From IMG/VR virus record IMGVR_UViG_3300047548_000985, positions 1 through 64,000 of that record: a stretch of 64,000 nt of DNA, one strand, 5' to 3'. Source of the DNA: an uncultured virus (IMG/VR IMGVR_UViG_3300047548_000985) (taxonomy: Duplodnaviria; Heunggongvirae; Uroviricota; Caudoviricetes). The notes under the pieces are model-generated. The model was not told the origin of the DNA, ran no database searches, and was given only the letters and a program-made list of their open reading frames with translations. Below are positions 9,601 through 18,937 of the stretch, piece after piece (the first letter of the stretch is position 1; every line of letters starts with the position of its first letter). Position numbers and translations under genes: made by a program.

Positions 9601-12600
9601 TCCTGTACTTGGATCAACTAATCTTACGTCAACGACAAATTGTTCTAATCCTTCAGAATTAGAATCAACTTTCATTTGTAGAGAAAACGATGCAGTTGTA
9701 TTAGTTGTTACTGCGATAGTTCCTGATACTGGTCCAGTAAAGTCGTTTGAATCGACTGAGTTACCAGTTATTGATCTAACTGCCCAATACAAGTTAGTAT
9801 TGCTTATGTTACCTAATGCTAAGTTAAAGACAATAGGAGTTGTATCATTCTCAGATATTGATGTCACTGACGGTGTAATTACAACAGTTACATCACTTAA
9901 TGTGAATGAAGGTCCTGTTGCGACTTTGTTTGTAAACCCAGAATCAGTGAACAACTCGACCACATAAACTTCTGCGCCCTCTAGCGGAGAAGTAGTCTTA
10001 TCATATGAAGAAGTTATGGTAAGTTTATCTGAGCCAGTTGTTACAAATGACCCACTTGTCTGTGTAAAATCGCTGGTAGCAAGAGTACCAGTGGTTGCTC
10101 TTAGTCTCCAATATATAGTTGTTCCGTTATTGACCCCAGCAAGAGCGACATTATATCTAATCCATTCACCTTCTTTTATTGTAGAAGTTCCAGATGAAGA
10201 TGTGTCGAATGTTAGAGCATAAACCACATCAGTTATTGTAACTTGACTACTTTCTGCAAGCAACGTTCCGCCTTTTGCAGTATACAATTCGATCTTGAAT
10301 CTTTCGTCACCTTCTACGTTTTGTGCTGTTAAGTCTCTTACAATTGATCTAGTCAACGTATAAGTTGAGGAAGATAATGTGAATGTACCCTCTATTGCAC
10401 CGTCACTAAAGTCTGCACCATTGACTGTTCCTAAAGTAGGTACTAATCTCCAATATACGGATGTCCCAATAGAAACGCCAGATGTTGCTATCTCAAAGTC
10501 TACAGATTCACCTTCCTTAACTGTAAGTGTACTTGGAGTAATAGAATAGGTAACATCTGTTATTGACACTGGACTAGAAGTTACTAACACAAATCCGTCT
10601 TGTGTTTTAATATCCATCACAAACTGCTCGGTACCCTCTGAAGAAAGATCATATGCAATTGTCTTGTTCACAACACCAGTACTATTCGAAATAGTTACAT
10701 TACCTGTCAATATTCCGTCAGTAAAGTCAGAAGATGTAATTGAACTTCCATTGTGGCCTCTTATTTCCCAAATAAGATTTGCACCAGTTGTTATATTAGT
10801 TGCAGAAATGTCAAATCTAACATTTGCACCTTCCTTTACAGTCAAAGTAGAAGGAGTTACTGTCGCAACAACGTCCTTGATAGTAATGACCGCCGAATTC
10901 GCAAAAACTGTACCTGAAGTACTTCCAGTTCTGATCTGCACTCTAAAGGTTTCATCATTTTCAACTAACAAATCATTTGCCATATTGATTGTGAACGTAC
11001 CCATTCCTGAGTTAGCCCAGAATGAACCAGAGTTTATTCCATTTCTAAAATCAGATGAATCGACGTTTGCACCAATTACAGTCCAATACAACTGAGTATT
11101 TGCTAAGTTGGTTGCGTTAACAGTACAGTTAAAGCTGCTTCCTTCTGCTACCGTGATAGGTGTAGTTGGTGATACAACAATGCTTGACGTATCGAGTATG
11201 GTGACAACCGTGTTTGCAAGAACCGAATTTGCAAGGTTCTTCAATCTAAAGTTAATCTGTTCAGTCCCTTCTAACTGTGCATCGTTAGATATGGTTTTGA
11301 GAACTGTTCCAGTTCCTCCATTGATCGTAACATTACCTGACAGTCCACCTACCACATCATTAATGTCACCACCTGGATATAAGCTGTTGAACGGTTCTAT
11401 ATCCCAGTTTAGCACTGTGCCATTCGCTACATTAGTTGCAGTTATATTAAATGTTAAGACGTTACCTTCTGTGACAGGATTTGGAGTACCCACTACCGAA
11501 TAAGAAGAGGCACTCTGTGAAGTATCATTAATGGTTATCTCGACAGATTGACCTATAATCTGAACATCACTCTCATTTCTTCTGAGTTCAACTTTAAATT
11601 TCTCTGTAGTTGGTTCAGTTAGATTATCCGCAGTCACAGTAACTGAGAAAGTTCCTGTATTATTGCTTACACTCACTGTGCCCTGAGTTGCTGAAAAGTC
11701 TCCGGGTAAAATGTTATCAGTTGTCCCTACTACTTTCCAATATAAGGTAGTTGCGGGTGATGCTGCCAAGCCAGTTGTAGTAACAGTAAATGTAACTGCG
11801 TTGCCTTCATCAACAGCATTGCCTACCGCATTGTGTGTAATAGCACAAGTAAATGCATCAGTGATGGTAATAGTATTTGTTGATGTTATACCAGTCGTTG
11901 CACTTGCAGTTGCCTTTAATCTTACCTTAAACGTTTCTGCGCCTTCAGTTAACAACTCATCTCTAATTGTCAATGTGATTGGGGTAACTGCCGAGTTTGA
12001 TTGTATTGTGACTGAACCACTTGTTGCAGTAGTGAAGTCATAATTTACAAGACCAGTTGATGCGTCTGTGATATCCCAATAATAAACAGTACCATCTGCT
12101 ACGTTAGTCGTTGTAACTGCTACTGTTAAGGTTTGGCCCTCTGCAATAGTAGTTGCACTTGGTGTGAGTGTAAAAGAAATATCACGCAGTGTTACTTCTG
12201 CACTTTCTGCAAGTGGGTTATTCGAAGAATCTTTCAGAATGAGTTTAAAAGTTTTATCACCTTCAACCGCATTGTTAATTGAGGCAATCTTTGTTACTCT
12301 GCCCTGATCTCCTACTACCTTTACTGTTCCTGTCAATGCAGTTTCAGTAAAATCAGATCCTATGGCAGTCCCTGTAATCTCCCAATTAAAGGTAGTATTA
12401 TCAGGAACATTAGTGGTGAACACATCAAAATTGACTGTTTCACCTTCTTTGATTGTTAGCGCACTTGGCACAACTGAGTAACCAACGTCTCTAATAGAAA
12501 CGTATTCACTAGTTGCAATAACCGGACCTGAATGACTTCCTGTCCTTATTTGAATTGCAAAGTTCTCTGTTCCTTCAGCCGATCCGCCATCAACCACCGC

Positions 12601-15600
12601 AGTTCTATCAATGTAGAAAATATTAGTTGATGTAAATGTGAATGTCCCAGTTAATGTGTTGTCCGTAAAGTCTGCATCCGCAGTTGTACCTATTGTTGTC
12701 CAATATAAAGTCGGAGTTGTTGCAAAGTTTGTTGTCCTTACTGTAAATCTAACAACTTCACCTTCTCGTATAACACTCTTATTGGCTGTAATCGTAACTG
12801 CACTAGTGTCGGCGACATTAATCTTTGGACTAGTGTAGATAATTCCGCCATTTTGAACTGGCCTTAAGTTAATGTAGAAATGTTCTTGACCTTCTTCAAT
12901 CAAGTCGTTAAGAATTGGAACAGAGAACGTTGCAGTACCCGAACCATTAATAGTTATACTTCCCGATAATACAGAGGGTGAAAAATCATTTGCTATTGTA
13001 GTTCCAACGACATCCCAGTAATAAACTCTTCCAGCAGGTACGTTAGTAGTTGTAACAGTTGCAACAATAGTGTCACCTTCGTTGACGCTAATTGTACCGT
13101 CTGCTCCTGTTCCCTTGTCCAAACTAACAACCACAACCTCTGGGTAAACAGAAGTATCTATTATTGAGACTAACGAACTGGTTCTAAGGATTGGACCAGT
13201 TCTTGAATCTCTTCTTACCTGTAGGAAAAATGTCTCAGTTCCCTCAGTTCTAAGGTCAGAAACTACAGCTAAGGTAACCTTTCCTTTATTTCCTAAAATT
13301 TCTACTTCACCTGCAGGTTCTTGCAAACCAAAGTCAGCAATATCAACCATCCCACCTAATGTCCAATAGAAAATAGTTCTATCTGCTACACCAGTTGTGG
13401 TGATATCAAATGTAATAGAACTTCCTTCTGAAACAGTAGTCGGATTTGCAATCAACGTAGTTGTACTGTCTGTTATAAAAATCTCTGGTGATGTTGCTAA
13501 ACTGATCGTGTCCGTCGGGGCAGCAAGAAGATTCAAGAAAAATGACTCTGATCCTTCTTGGATATAGTCCTTAAACGTAGTTAGATTAATTGTACCTTTG
13601 TTATTTGAAACTAGTACACTTCCTGAAATTGCACTAGAAAAGTCATTCGCATCAACAGTGCCTGTAGCCGCAGTTATTTTCCAGTAAAATGTAGTTGGAA
13701 TAGTCAGGTTTGTAGTATTAACTGTAAATGTTATTACGTCACCTTCATTAACTGTAGTAGCCGAAGGAACAATTTGATATGTTGGGCTGGAAAGTGAAGT
13801 ATCATTGACTGTAACTTCTTGACTTGTAGCCAAAACTGTCTTAGACAAGGCAGAAGCTGTCAATTCAATTACAAATTTTTCAACTCCTTCTGTTAGCGAG
13901 TCAGGTCTGACAGTAAGTTGAAATGAACCTGCACCTTCATAAGTAGGCGCATTAGTGTACTCAATCAAAACTTCACCTGAATCAACGTTCTCTACGAAAT
14001 CTGCTTTGTCAACCGATCCTTGTACTGAACGTATCTTCCAATATAGATTTCCTTCAGGTACATATTGAGTAACTACATTGAAAGTAATAGTTGAAGTGCT
14101 TTCGTTGAATGAGGTCGCCGATGCAGCAATGGAGTAAAAAGGATCATTGACTGAAGAATCAACGATAGAAACAATTGTACTTGATAACACTAAGCTTCCA
14201 ATTGAATATGTCGGAGAGGTATAAATCTTCAATACAAACCTTTCAACTCCTTCAGTAGTTCCATCTGCCTTAATAGCGCGAACAATTGATGCTTTATCAC
14301 CAATTACGTTTACTGTTCCAGTTAGTGTATCGTCACTAAAGTCGCCAGCTAGCGGAGTCTTATCATTAATATTTCCAGTCGCTTCGACTCTCCAATACAA
14401 TGGAGTTTGATCTGCTACGAATGCTGTCAATACGTTGAAGGTTACCGTTGCTCCCTCATTCACAACTGTAACGTTTGGAGTAACAGAAATGTAATTTGGC
14501 AAATTCTTGGATGTATCAACAACTGTAATTTCTTGACTTGTTGCAACTACTGGACCAGACACTGAACCTGTTCTAAGTTGAACTGTAAATGTTTCAGTAC
14601 CTTCAGTTTTTAAGTCAGTTAGTAGTTGTCTAGTAAACGTACCTGTGTTATTAGTAATAGAAACATTTCCAGATGCCGATTGATCTGTAAAGTCATCTGC
14701 ACCTGCTGTACCTAATACAGTCCAATATAATGTTCCGCTTCCAAAGTTGGTGGTTGTTACGTTAAAGTTTACTGTTCCTCCCTCATTTACAGAAACAATA
14801 TCTGCGACTACTGCATAAGTCGGAGGTGTCAACGAAGTATCTACAACTGTGACGTTTGTGGAATATGCTTTTACCTGAGCAGATGGATTTACATTAGGAT
14901 CTTCTGCATACAGATTTACTCTGAAAATCTCTGTCCCTTCAGAGCTAAGGTCTCTTGATAGAGTTCTTGAGAACGTTCCTTTTCCTAATGTATCAATTAC
15001 AACTGTCCCAGTTAAAGTAGAATCAACGAAGTCCGCAGCTTCGATTGTTCCGCTTACTGGAATAACAGTCCAATATAATGTAGTACCTGCAAGAACTTGT
15101 GTAGTTGTCACTTCAAAGATTGCGGTACTTCCTTCATTCATACTAGTCAATATTGGACCACCCAAACTGCCAGAGACACGAAGGTCATATGTCGCAGGAG
15201 TAAGAGAAGTATCGTTTATAACAATTGGACTGGAGGTTGCAACTATTCTCCCCGAGATTGAACCAGTTCTAACTTGAATTCTAAAGTTTTCATTTCCCTC
15301 AGTAGTAACGTCTGCATTAGTTGTTATGGTAAAACTACATTGATTGTTGATAACCGATGAAGTGTATCCAGTTGAAAAGTCTGCATTTGATACAGTTCCC
15401 AAAGGTGTCCAATACAATGCAGTTCCATTCTCAAGATTAGTTGTGTTAACTTCTGCAATGATTGTCGATCCTTCATCCATCTCAACAATACCATAGGCTT
15501 TGCCAGTCATTGATCCTGAGGCAGTTGTGAGTGTTTTTACTGATCCACCTTGTGTATCAGAAATCTTGAATTTTGTTTCTGAGACGATGGAATGGACATA

Positions 15601-17034
15601 ATAAGTGGTAGCTAATAGTACTCCACCAAACACAGTTCCAGTAAATTCTATAGGACCATTTTCTACCATGTTCGCAGTAGAACTACAGGTAAATGTATGG
15701 TCGGATGAGCTTGATGCAGTAATTGTAAGTGGTTTGTATACAAATAGCTGGAAAGTCGGTTCGACTGCTGCACCTGCTGTAATAGTTTGTGCAGAAGTTA
15801 ACGGATTAACAGTTACGTTCGTACTAATTGGTCTTAGCTGAGAAATTTTGCTAGTAAGAATTCCAGTATTGTTCTCATCTGGCAATCCTCCCACTGGCAT
15901 TACATAATCGTCAATCGCACTAATAGTAAGAATTACTTGGGTATTATCTGCACTCTTTCTTGCGTAAACTTCAAACCTATTACCTGGATAAAATCCAGTT
16001 GGATCTTCTGTCTTTAGGAAAAGCTGGTTACTAGTTGTTAAATCTTCCCAACCCAAACCATATACTGTTACGTTTGGATCTGATACATTTGCATATGTAG
16101 TGTCGGAGTAATTTATAGAAATAACACCGGTCGCATCATACATTGCGTTCCATGCGTCATTTTTTGGTCTTTCATCATTACCAGTTCTAGATACATCAAT
16201 TAAAAGTTTCCCGCCTGCATTAAAAAAGTATCTTAGATTCTGTGCTGACCCATCGCCTAACGTGCTTCCAGTAATTGTTACAGTATGTGTTAGTGTACCG
16301 TTCCATGCAAGATTTTGAGTTGCTACTGCAAGTAACTCTGACTGCAATTCAGTAGGATCGGCATCTAACCTATCTTGGTCTAAGAAGTCTGCAAAGCTTT
16401 GATATTGTGCTAGGATCTCATCAGAAACTTCAATTCCTGAAGAAATCACTGCTAGATCCTGTCCTGTGTTTCCTGTACCGCTTCCAATAGTTATACCTAT
16501 TTGATGCTGTCTGGCTTTAACCATGTCAGATCGCAAATTATTCCATTGCAAACTGCTAATGTTTGAATTTTGTGCTAATGGTGCTGATCTTACTGTTTGA
16601 CCGTATCCCCTGCTACCTGAACCTTGTCCTAAGACTGCTCCTACTTTAATTGCAATTGCGTTAAAGTCTTCAACTGCGATTGCATCCACTGTCGAAACAT
16701 ACTTAACTTGAAGTATTGCTCCAGCAACTGGCAACGTACCAGACACATAAGTTACTGGTACAGTATAATATGTAGTGTTATTAACTGCAGGACCAGACAA
16801 TTCAAACAATATAATGTTTGTTCCGTCTGTTATGTATACCTTTCCATAATCTGGTGGTGTACCTGTTGCCCCAAAAGTAGCAAGAACAGAACCATTCGAA
16901 AGTCCAGTGTTATCTTTCTCATTTATGTACAAAGATGTAACATCTGCAATCGTTGTATCATCGAATCTTAGTGATCCATTTGTTCCTATTCCTGCTGCTG
17001 TTGATGCGCTAAAAGTATATTTTAATACGGCCAT
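3691..17034 (-). CDS. giant virion fibre/adhesin protein (4447 aa): N-terminal structural domain, ~33 Calx-beta/Ig-like repeats, Gly-rich C-terminal tip
   Basis: Uninterrupted ORF; repeated ~110-aa unit (V.EG..V.F.V.TTN...T.LYW...DF...SG...D..TEG.E.F.V.L...I.D); N-terminal RGYGQ...WNNLR.D...HQ and LRYFFNAGG motifs; poly-Gly C-terminus. Confidence 0.85.
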   Translation of the reverse strand: MAVLKYTFSASTAAGIGTNGSLRFDDTTIADVTSLYINEKDNTGLSNGSVLATFGATGTPPDYGKVYITDGTNIILFELSGPAVNNTTYYTVPVTYVSGTLPVAGAILQVKYVSTVDAIAVEDFNAIAIKVGAVLGQGSGSRGYGQTVRSAPLAQNSNISSLQWNNLRSDMVKARQHQIGITIGSGTGNTGQDLAVISSGIEVSDEILAQYQSFADFLDQDRLDADPTELQSELLAVATQNLAWNGTLTHTVTITGSTLGDGSAQNLRYFFNAGGKLLIDVSRTGNDERPKNDAWNAMYDATGVISINYSDTTYANVSDPNVTVYGLGWEDLTTSNQLFLKTEDPTGFYPGNRFEVYARKSADNTQVILTISAIDDYVMPVGGLPDENNTGILTSKISQLRPISTNVTVNPLTSAQTITAGAAVEPTFQLFVYKPLTITASSSSDHTFTCSSTANMVENGPIEFTGTVFGGVLLATTYYVHSIVSETKFKISDTQGGSVKTLTTASGSMTGKAYGIVEMDEGSTIIAEVNTTNLENGTALYWTPLGTVSNADFSTGYTSSVINNQCSFTITTNADVTTEGNENFRIQVRTGSISGRIVATSSPIVINDTSLTPATYDLRVSGSLGGPILTSMNEGSTAIFEVTTTQVLAGTTLYWTVIPVSGTIEAADFVDSTLTGTVVIDTLGKGTFSRTLSRDLSSEGTEIFRVNLYAEDPNVNPSAQVKAYSTNVTVVDTSLTPPTYAVVADIVSVNEGGTVNFNVTTTNFGSGTLYWTVLGTAGADDFTDQSASGNVSITNNTGTFTRQLLTDLKTEGTETFTVQLRTGSVSGPVVATSQEITVVDTSKNLPNYISVTPNVTVVNEGATVTFNVLTAFVADQTPLYWRVEATGNINDKTPLAGDFSDDTLTGTVNVIGDKASIVRAIKADGTTEGVERFVLKIYTSPTYSIGSLVLSSTIVSIVDSSVNDPFYSIAASATSFNESTSTITFNVVTQYVPEGNLYWKIRSVQGSVDKADFVENVDSGEVLIEYTNAPTYEGAGSFQLTVRPDSLTEGVEKFVIELTASALSKTVLATSQEVTVNDTSLSSPTYQIVPSATTVNEGDVITFTVNTTNLTIPTTFYWKITAATGTVDANDFSSAISGSVLVSNNKGTINLTTFKDYIQEGSESFFLNLLAAPTDTISLATSPEIFITDSTTTLIANPTTVSEGSSITFDITTTGVADRTIFYWTLGGMVDIADFGLQEPAGEVEILGNKGKVTLAVVSDLRTEGTETFFLQVRRDSRTGPILRTSSLVSIIDTSVYPEVVVVSLDKGTGADGTISVNEGDTIVATVTTTNVPAGRVYYWDVVGTTIANDFSPSVLSGSITINGSGTATFSVPILNDLIEEGQEHFYINLRPVQNGGIIYTSPKINVADTSAVTITANKSVIREGEVVRFTVRTTNFATTPTLYWTTIGTTADADFTDNTLTGTFTFTSTNIFYIDRTAVVDGGSAEGTENFAIQIRTGSHSGPVIATSEYVSIRDVGYSVVPSALTIKEGETVNFDVFTTNVPDNTTFNWEITGTAIGSDFTETALTGTVKVVGDQGRVTKIASINNAVEGDKTFKLILKDSSNNPLAESAEVTLRDISFTLTPSATTIAEGQTLTVAVTTTNVADGTVYYWDITDASTGLVNYDFTTATSGSVTIQSNSAVTPITLTIRDELLTEGAETFKVRLKATASATTGITSTNTITITDAFTCAITHNAVGNAVDEGNAVTFTVTTTGLAASPATTLYWKVVGTTDNILPGDFSATQGTVSVSNNTGTFSVTVTADNLTEPTTEKFKVELRRNESDVQIIGQSVEITINDTSQSASSYSVVGTPNPVTEGNVLTFNITATNVANGTVLNWDIEPFNSLYPGGDINDVVGGLSGNVTINGGTGTVLKTISNDAQLEGTEQINFRLKNLANSVLANTVVTILDTSSIVVSPTTPITVAEGSSFNCTVNATNLANTQLYWTVIGANVDSSDFRNGINSGSFWANSGMGTFTINMANDLLVENDETFRVQIRTGSTSGTVFANSAVITIKDVVATVTPSTLTVKEGANVRFDISATNITTGANLIWEIRGHNGSSITSSDFTDGILTGNVTISNSTGVVNKTIAYDLSSEGTEQFVMDIKTQDGFVLVTSSPVSITDVTYSITPSTLTVKEGESVDFEIATSGVSIGTSVYWRLVPTLGTVNGADFSDGAIEGTFTLSSSTYTLTRSIVRDLTAQNVEGDERFKIELYTAKGGTLLAESSQVTITDVVYALTFDTSSSGTSTIKEGEWIRYNVALAGVNNGTTIYWRLRATTGTLATSDFTQTSGSFVTTGSDKLTITSSYDKTTSPLEGAEVYVVELFTDSGFTNKVATGPSFTLSDVTVVITPSVTSISENDTTPIVFNLALGNISNTNLYWAVRSITGNSVDSNDFTGPVSGTIAVTTNTTASFSLQMKVDSNSEGLEQFVVDVRLVDPSTGPVIATSPVISITDLAVSIIADKNLVREGENVKFTVNSSSNPTSTYFWSVRSTGANAVTSADFSSSMTGSITLVAGTGSFTLTPVVDTATNEVDNKFVVDLFNSSGGTLLVSSQEVTIGDVTVSSVASATTILEGDEVVFDITTTNLPSPTTLFWVANGGNITGSDFTDGKLSGSITVNNNIGTFSRRAALDNSNSETSETFTVSFYLGSATGTLLHTTEAVTILNRWLTITPSSTTVSEGGTLTFTLASQNIPNGTVVDWSVRGISTGITSADFGNGSTGNVQINSNAATFNLPIASDYSFEGTETFVVDATTTIAGTVINASTGTISITDVNYTITSNKTAIKENESVTFTVTTGTSVSSVYWKLRSVSGTVDGNDFAGAVEGTLNLTSGSGTITLTSIYDSSRENTESFVIDLYTSNPAGSGTLITLNAPCPTVTISDVNVVADPISAITVAEGEPLNVKFNTFGLTAGTTLYWEVVPTSGTVNGSDFVPNTLAGTFTVASDLTCTWTKQIAFDNQSDNNDKFRVDVRIGSASGTVIGSSPEVTMTDRSFSVTPSSATTVNEGDTVTFQISAANCDGLGYNWSLVKTGSTSSTLNLVDHVTGAVSGSGTFSGNSATVNVPVQFKADSINEGDMQVQLAVTVKNTQGTTVSPTVNSGVITVKNKSILIQTNKTAIAENESVTFTVTADTTLASVYWKVRTVSGTVNSGDFSTAIEGTLSLTNGTGAFTLTSAYDSSRENTESFVIDLYTSNPAGSGTLIPLSAPCPTVTISDVNVVEKQPVPTTVAEGDSFTLTFDTFGIAAGTTLYWKIEPTFGSLDKFDYVIEGLEGTFNVTTSSTVALTRQIKFDNDLEGNERFRVDVRIGSASGTVIGSSSDITIADRSIAITPNTATTVNEGDTVTFQLTATNCNATTYSWSLIKTGSTDASLNLTEHVTGAISGSGTFSGTPATVNIPITFKTDTVIEGDMQVQLRVTANNAQSVVMLPELTSGVITVKDTTIIVEPATVPSIKEGNSATITVRNSYASSWYWESTNTTDVTPTSGTLNFTNKAASFTLTALNDSLIEGSETLAVNLYTSQGGTLIRSITPITILDVTCAITPSVNTIYEGQTISFGIQTSNIDTSTPLYWYITGTTSGADLFDGVMAGTFNVNSSGAFTLTKVIATDLDTEVDETLYLNVKLNNASGTLIGTSPLVTVKNREIKVTSYTATAKEGETATYNLATTNIPNGTTVNWVITPGTTTLNSADFSPATLSGTTVVNSNAASVTVNLAYDNQVEIPEVYRFVASATVDGITYSTPPSFAVTSIQDVSMLVGSPTSVREGQSITFGLTTTNIPSGTTVYYTVRPTTGAGTVTPATLGLSSLKGTLVTSGTSGSLTFSLPYDWVKAAGDRKFVVDFRLGSDSNPVVATSAEVTILDVHVTIATDKDVYNEGETVNVTITTSNVPNATEYYWRILPDGAYAAPTIDDIAGNVLSGKIAINNQTFTGTLALVNDIVGDDTTYDTRLESFKIQLYLDAAMTVPITSAFTSTKTIVDTSYTTVTPSVDFVSEGSSVVFTVNVYGSPAYSGTLYWSTSTGVDKDDFGDKNINGEVSIVNGLGTITRTIAADRTTEGGENFFIYIRKNNITGPIIAVSSTVIISDTSITIYRGQGTSVSPTGQEFTLTTEAVNIAFNLVGAGGGAGSQDGGWFGGNGGAGGTWYAMAKLPATANTKRIRMKVGQGGGGGKTGREYVHAGVPVAGGYNIGGRGGAPGDTSGASSGGGGAGGGSTSVEYSTDNGLTWQPMLIAPGGGGGGGAGNSARIALDLNKNGNYTDANSALQNTLTLIQAGQEGDGQQNIVARYPILGSSIYDGGGGGGGGGAGGLGGKVEVIQTSSVDKDGNPVPGIYIVAPEEAGTGGLMGYHYFNNAISWETSRIKPVAGRSTGRIPAMGTTYGVGALANNSNDQNAGVSGVATFAWTTDLTEIPAPPAV
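4680..15485 (-). repeat. array of ~33 Calx-beta/cadherin-like domain repeats
   Basis: 33 unit starts counted by hand, from EMDEGSTII to FVSEGSSVVF. Confidence 0.8.
6600..8595. repeat. 999-bp (333-aa, three-domain) tandem duplication inside the giant fibre gene
   Basis: gaacttccaataacagt at 6977 and 7976; the YDSSRENTESFVIDLYTSNPAGSGTLI, RVDVRIGSASGTVIGSS and HVTGA.SGSGTFSG motifs each occur twice at this offset. Confidence 0.9.
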
Positions 17035-17046
17035 GGTAATTTTTCT

Positions 17047-18261
17047 TTAGTGAATGATAACTATTGCTTCGACGGTGCCTTCCTCAGTTGAAAGTTTATC
17101 TGCCAAAGCACGACCTATTGAATTGAATGCATTTGCTTCGCCCTTGGCTGCTGCCCTAGCAAAGCCATTGCCTGCACTCACCAGGCGGTCACCCTTCTTA
17201 ATTGTTCCCTTAACTTTGACTTTGACTCGTCCACTGACTGCAACTGCTGGGTGAGTCTCATCTGTTCCTGCTCCACTGTTCATTAAGTAAGCAGCAGTAT
17301 TACTAATGACCCCAAACACATTATCACTAAGGTCATCAACCACCGCGGTGATTTCTTTCTCACCACCAAGCTCGACTACTGTGCCCGGTTCATATATTGC
17401 ATCAGATTCAAAACGTTCTGCTAAGTCAGCGTATGTTGCAGTTAGTCGTGATCCAGGAGTCAATCCCCAAATACCAGAAATACTACCGCCGCCAGTGAGT
17501 AGACTGGTTGTAACGCTAGTTGCTGTAATGTTTCCATTGAAACGCTGTCCCGCAGAATAACCTGTGCTGTTGCCGTTCAAATAAACATAAACATTTGAAT
17601 CACTGTAATTTGATGGGTTATATGGTTGACCGTTTGCGTAGTAATAGTTTGGAGCAAACACACCACTTGGTGTTAGTCGAACATTTGACGTACCACCGGC
17701 AGTATTTGCAATCTGAATTGTATTGTTAACTGTCCATGTTCCAGTTAACGTGCCTGGTGTACCAACTGCGCCTGTTGAAATAATTGCAGTTTCAACTGCA
17801 CCGATTACTGCATTAGTTGTAATATTCGCTGCATTTGCAACTAAACTTTCTGTTACTGTTGCAATTCTAACAGTAATTGTGTCACCATTAAATGCATTCA
17901 GAGATCGAATATTATTCCCAGTGATATTTCCACTGACAATAATATTACCAAAGTTTGTGTCAGAGTATGCGTTTGTTGTAGTTACAACTAACCAAGACCC
18001 TGGATCAGTAGTACCATCAGCAGGACAAACTCTAAGCGTTCCATCGTTTGAGTTAAACCAAAGTTGTCCCTTTAATGGATTTGAGGGGACATTTGCTCCT
18101 GCAAAATTTTCAAGGAGATGAACAAAGTTTGTGTCCAAAACTTGACCATAGCCTGCATAGTTTCTTCCAGGAAGACCTAATGCTGTGCTTGTAGTGTCGA
18201 TAGTACCGTCTTGTATCGTTGTTAACGTTGTACCATCGCTTCTAATTATCGTATACGCCAT
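17047..18261 (-). CDS. virion structural/short fibre protein with C-terminal intramolecular-chaperone-like domain
   Basis: N-terminal LPGRNYAGYG..NFVHLLENFA..NPLKGQLWF; C-terminal YADLAERFESDA.YEPGTVV.LGG..GRVKVKV.G.IKKGD.LV, resembling autocleaving peptidase-G2-type chaperones. Confidence 0.75.
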   Translation of the reverse strand: MAYTIIRSDGTTLTTIQDGTIDTTSTALGLPGRNYAGYGQVLDTNFVHLLENFAGANVPSNPLKGQLWFNSNDGTLRVCPADGTTDPGSWLVVTTTNAYSDTNFGNIIVSGNITGNNIRSLNAFNGDTITVRIATVTESLVANAANITTNAVIGAVETAIISTGAVGTPGTLTGTWTVNNTIQIANTAGGTSNVRLTPSGVFAPNYYYANGQPYNPSNYSDSNVYVYLNGNSTGYSAGQRFNGNITATSVTTSLLTGGGSISGIWGLTPGSRLTATYADLAERFESDAIYEPGTVVELGGEKEITAVVDDLSDNVFGVISNTAAYLMNSGAGTDETHPAVAVSGRVKVKVKGTIKKGDRLVSAGNGFARAAAKGEANAFNSIGRALADKLSTEEGTVEAIVIIH

Positions 18262-18290
18262 TTTAAGTTTGCTCCGCTAAGTGCTTTCAG

Positions 18291-18297
18291 TATTTAT
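18291..18297 (-). promoter_or_regulatory. T4-type late promoter ATAAATA
   Basis: TATTTAT on the + strand, upstream of GGAG SD and ATG 18261. Confidence 0.65.
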
Positions 18298-18304
18298 CAC
18301 TACA

Positions 18305-18925
18305 TTACAATGTAACCAAGTTGGTCAATGATTGGATGCGGATTGTATAGTCGATTTGAAGTTGTCTGTTCAAGCTTTTTTGAACAGGATGAAAAACTGC
18401 ATGACTAATTAGCCTTAGTTGTTCTCCACCTGCTGCATCTAATCCATAACTAACTAACAATCCAAGTTCATCAAAAATATAATCAGATTCCATTTGAGTA
18501 GCATTGTCGAATGCTGCCTGTCCTGAAGGCTCACCATAATCTAAAAGACATTGAATGAGAATGTCAGTATAAACTTTTCCCACAGTGTGAGAAATAAGCA
18601 TCTTGTTTCTAGTGGGGTCTAGATTCAAAACACTGGTATCGTCAATAACTTTTGAATAAGTTTGGTTATATAATGAGGCATTTTGCCCTATTGTATTTGT
18701 TGGCAAGTAAGTTATAATACCCGTTTCGTCTACACTTGATCCCCCATTACCAAATGCCATTCTGAATAGCTGCCCATATCCTCTACTACTAAACGTAGAT
18801 GCGATAGCTTCGCTTATATTCTCATAGTGAATGCCGTTATGTTGGTCAACAAAGACCTCATTGGTGTTAGGATCGCTGATTTTAAAGAATCCCTCGACCC
18901 CTAGTTTTATTGTGGAATTGCTCAC
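18305..18925 (-). CDS. conserved baseplate/tail structural protein
   Basis: 206 aa, GTG start with AGAGGA SD; YIFDELGL...HAVFHPVQKSLNR motif resembling fibre-attachment collar domains. Confidence 0.7.
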   Translation of the reverse strand: MSNSTIKLGVEGFFKISDPNTNEVFVDQHNGIHYENISEAIASTFSSRGYGQLFRMAFGNGGSSVDETGIITYLPTNTIGQNASLYNQTYSKVIDDTSVLNLDPTRNKMLISHTVGKVYTDILIQCLLDYGEPSGQAAFDNATQMESDYIFDELGLLVSYGLDAAGGEQLRLISHAVFHPVQKSLNRQLQIDYTIRIQSLTNLVTL

Positions 18926-18937
18926 GAATGTTCCTCT

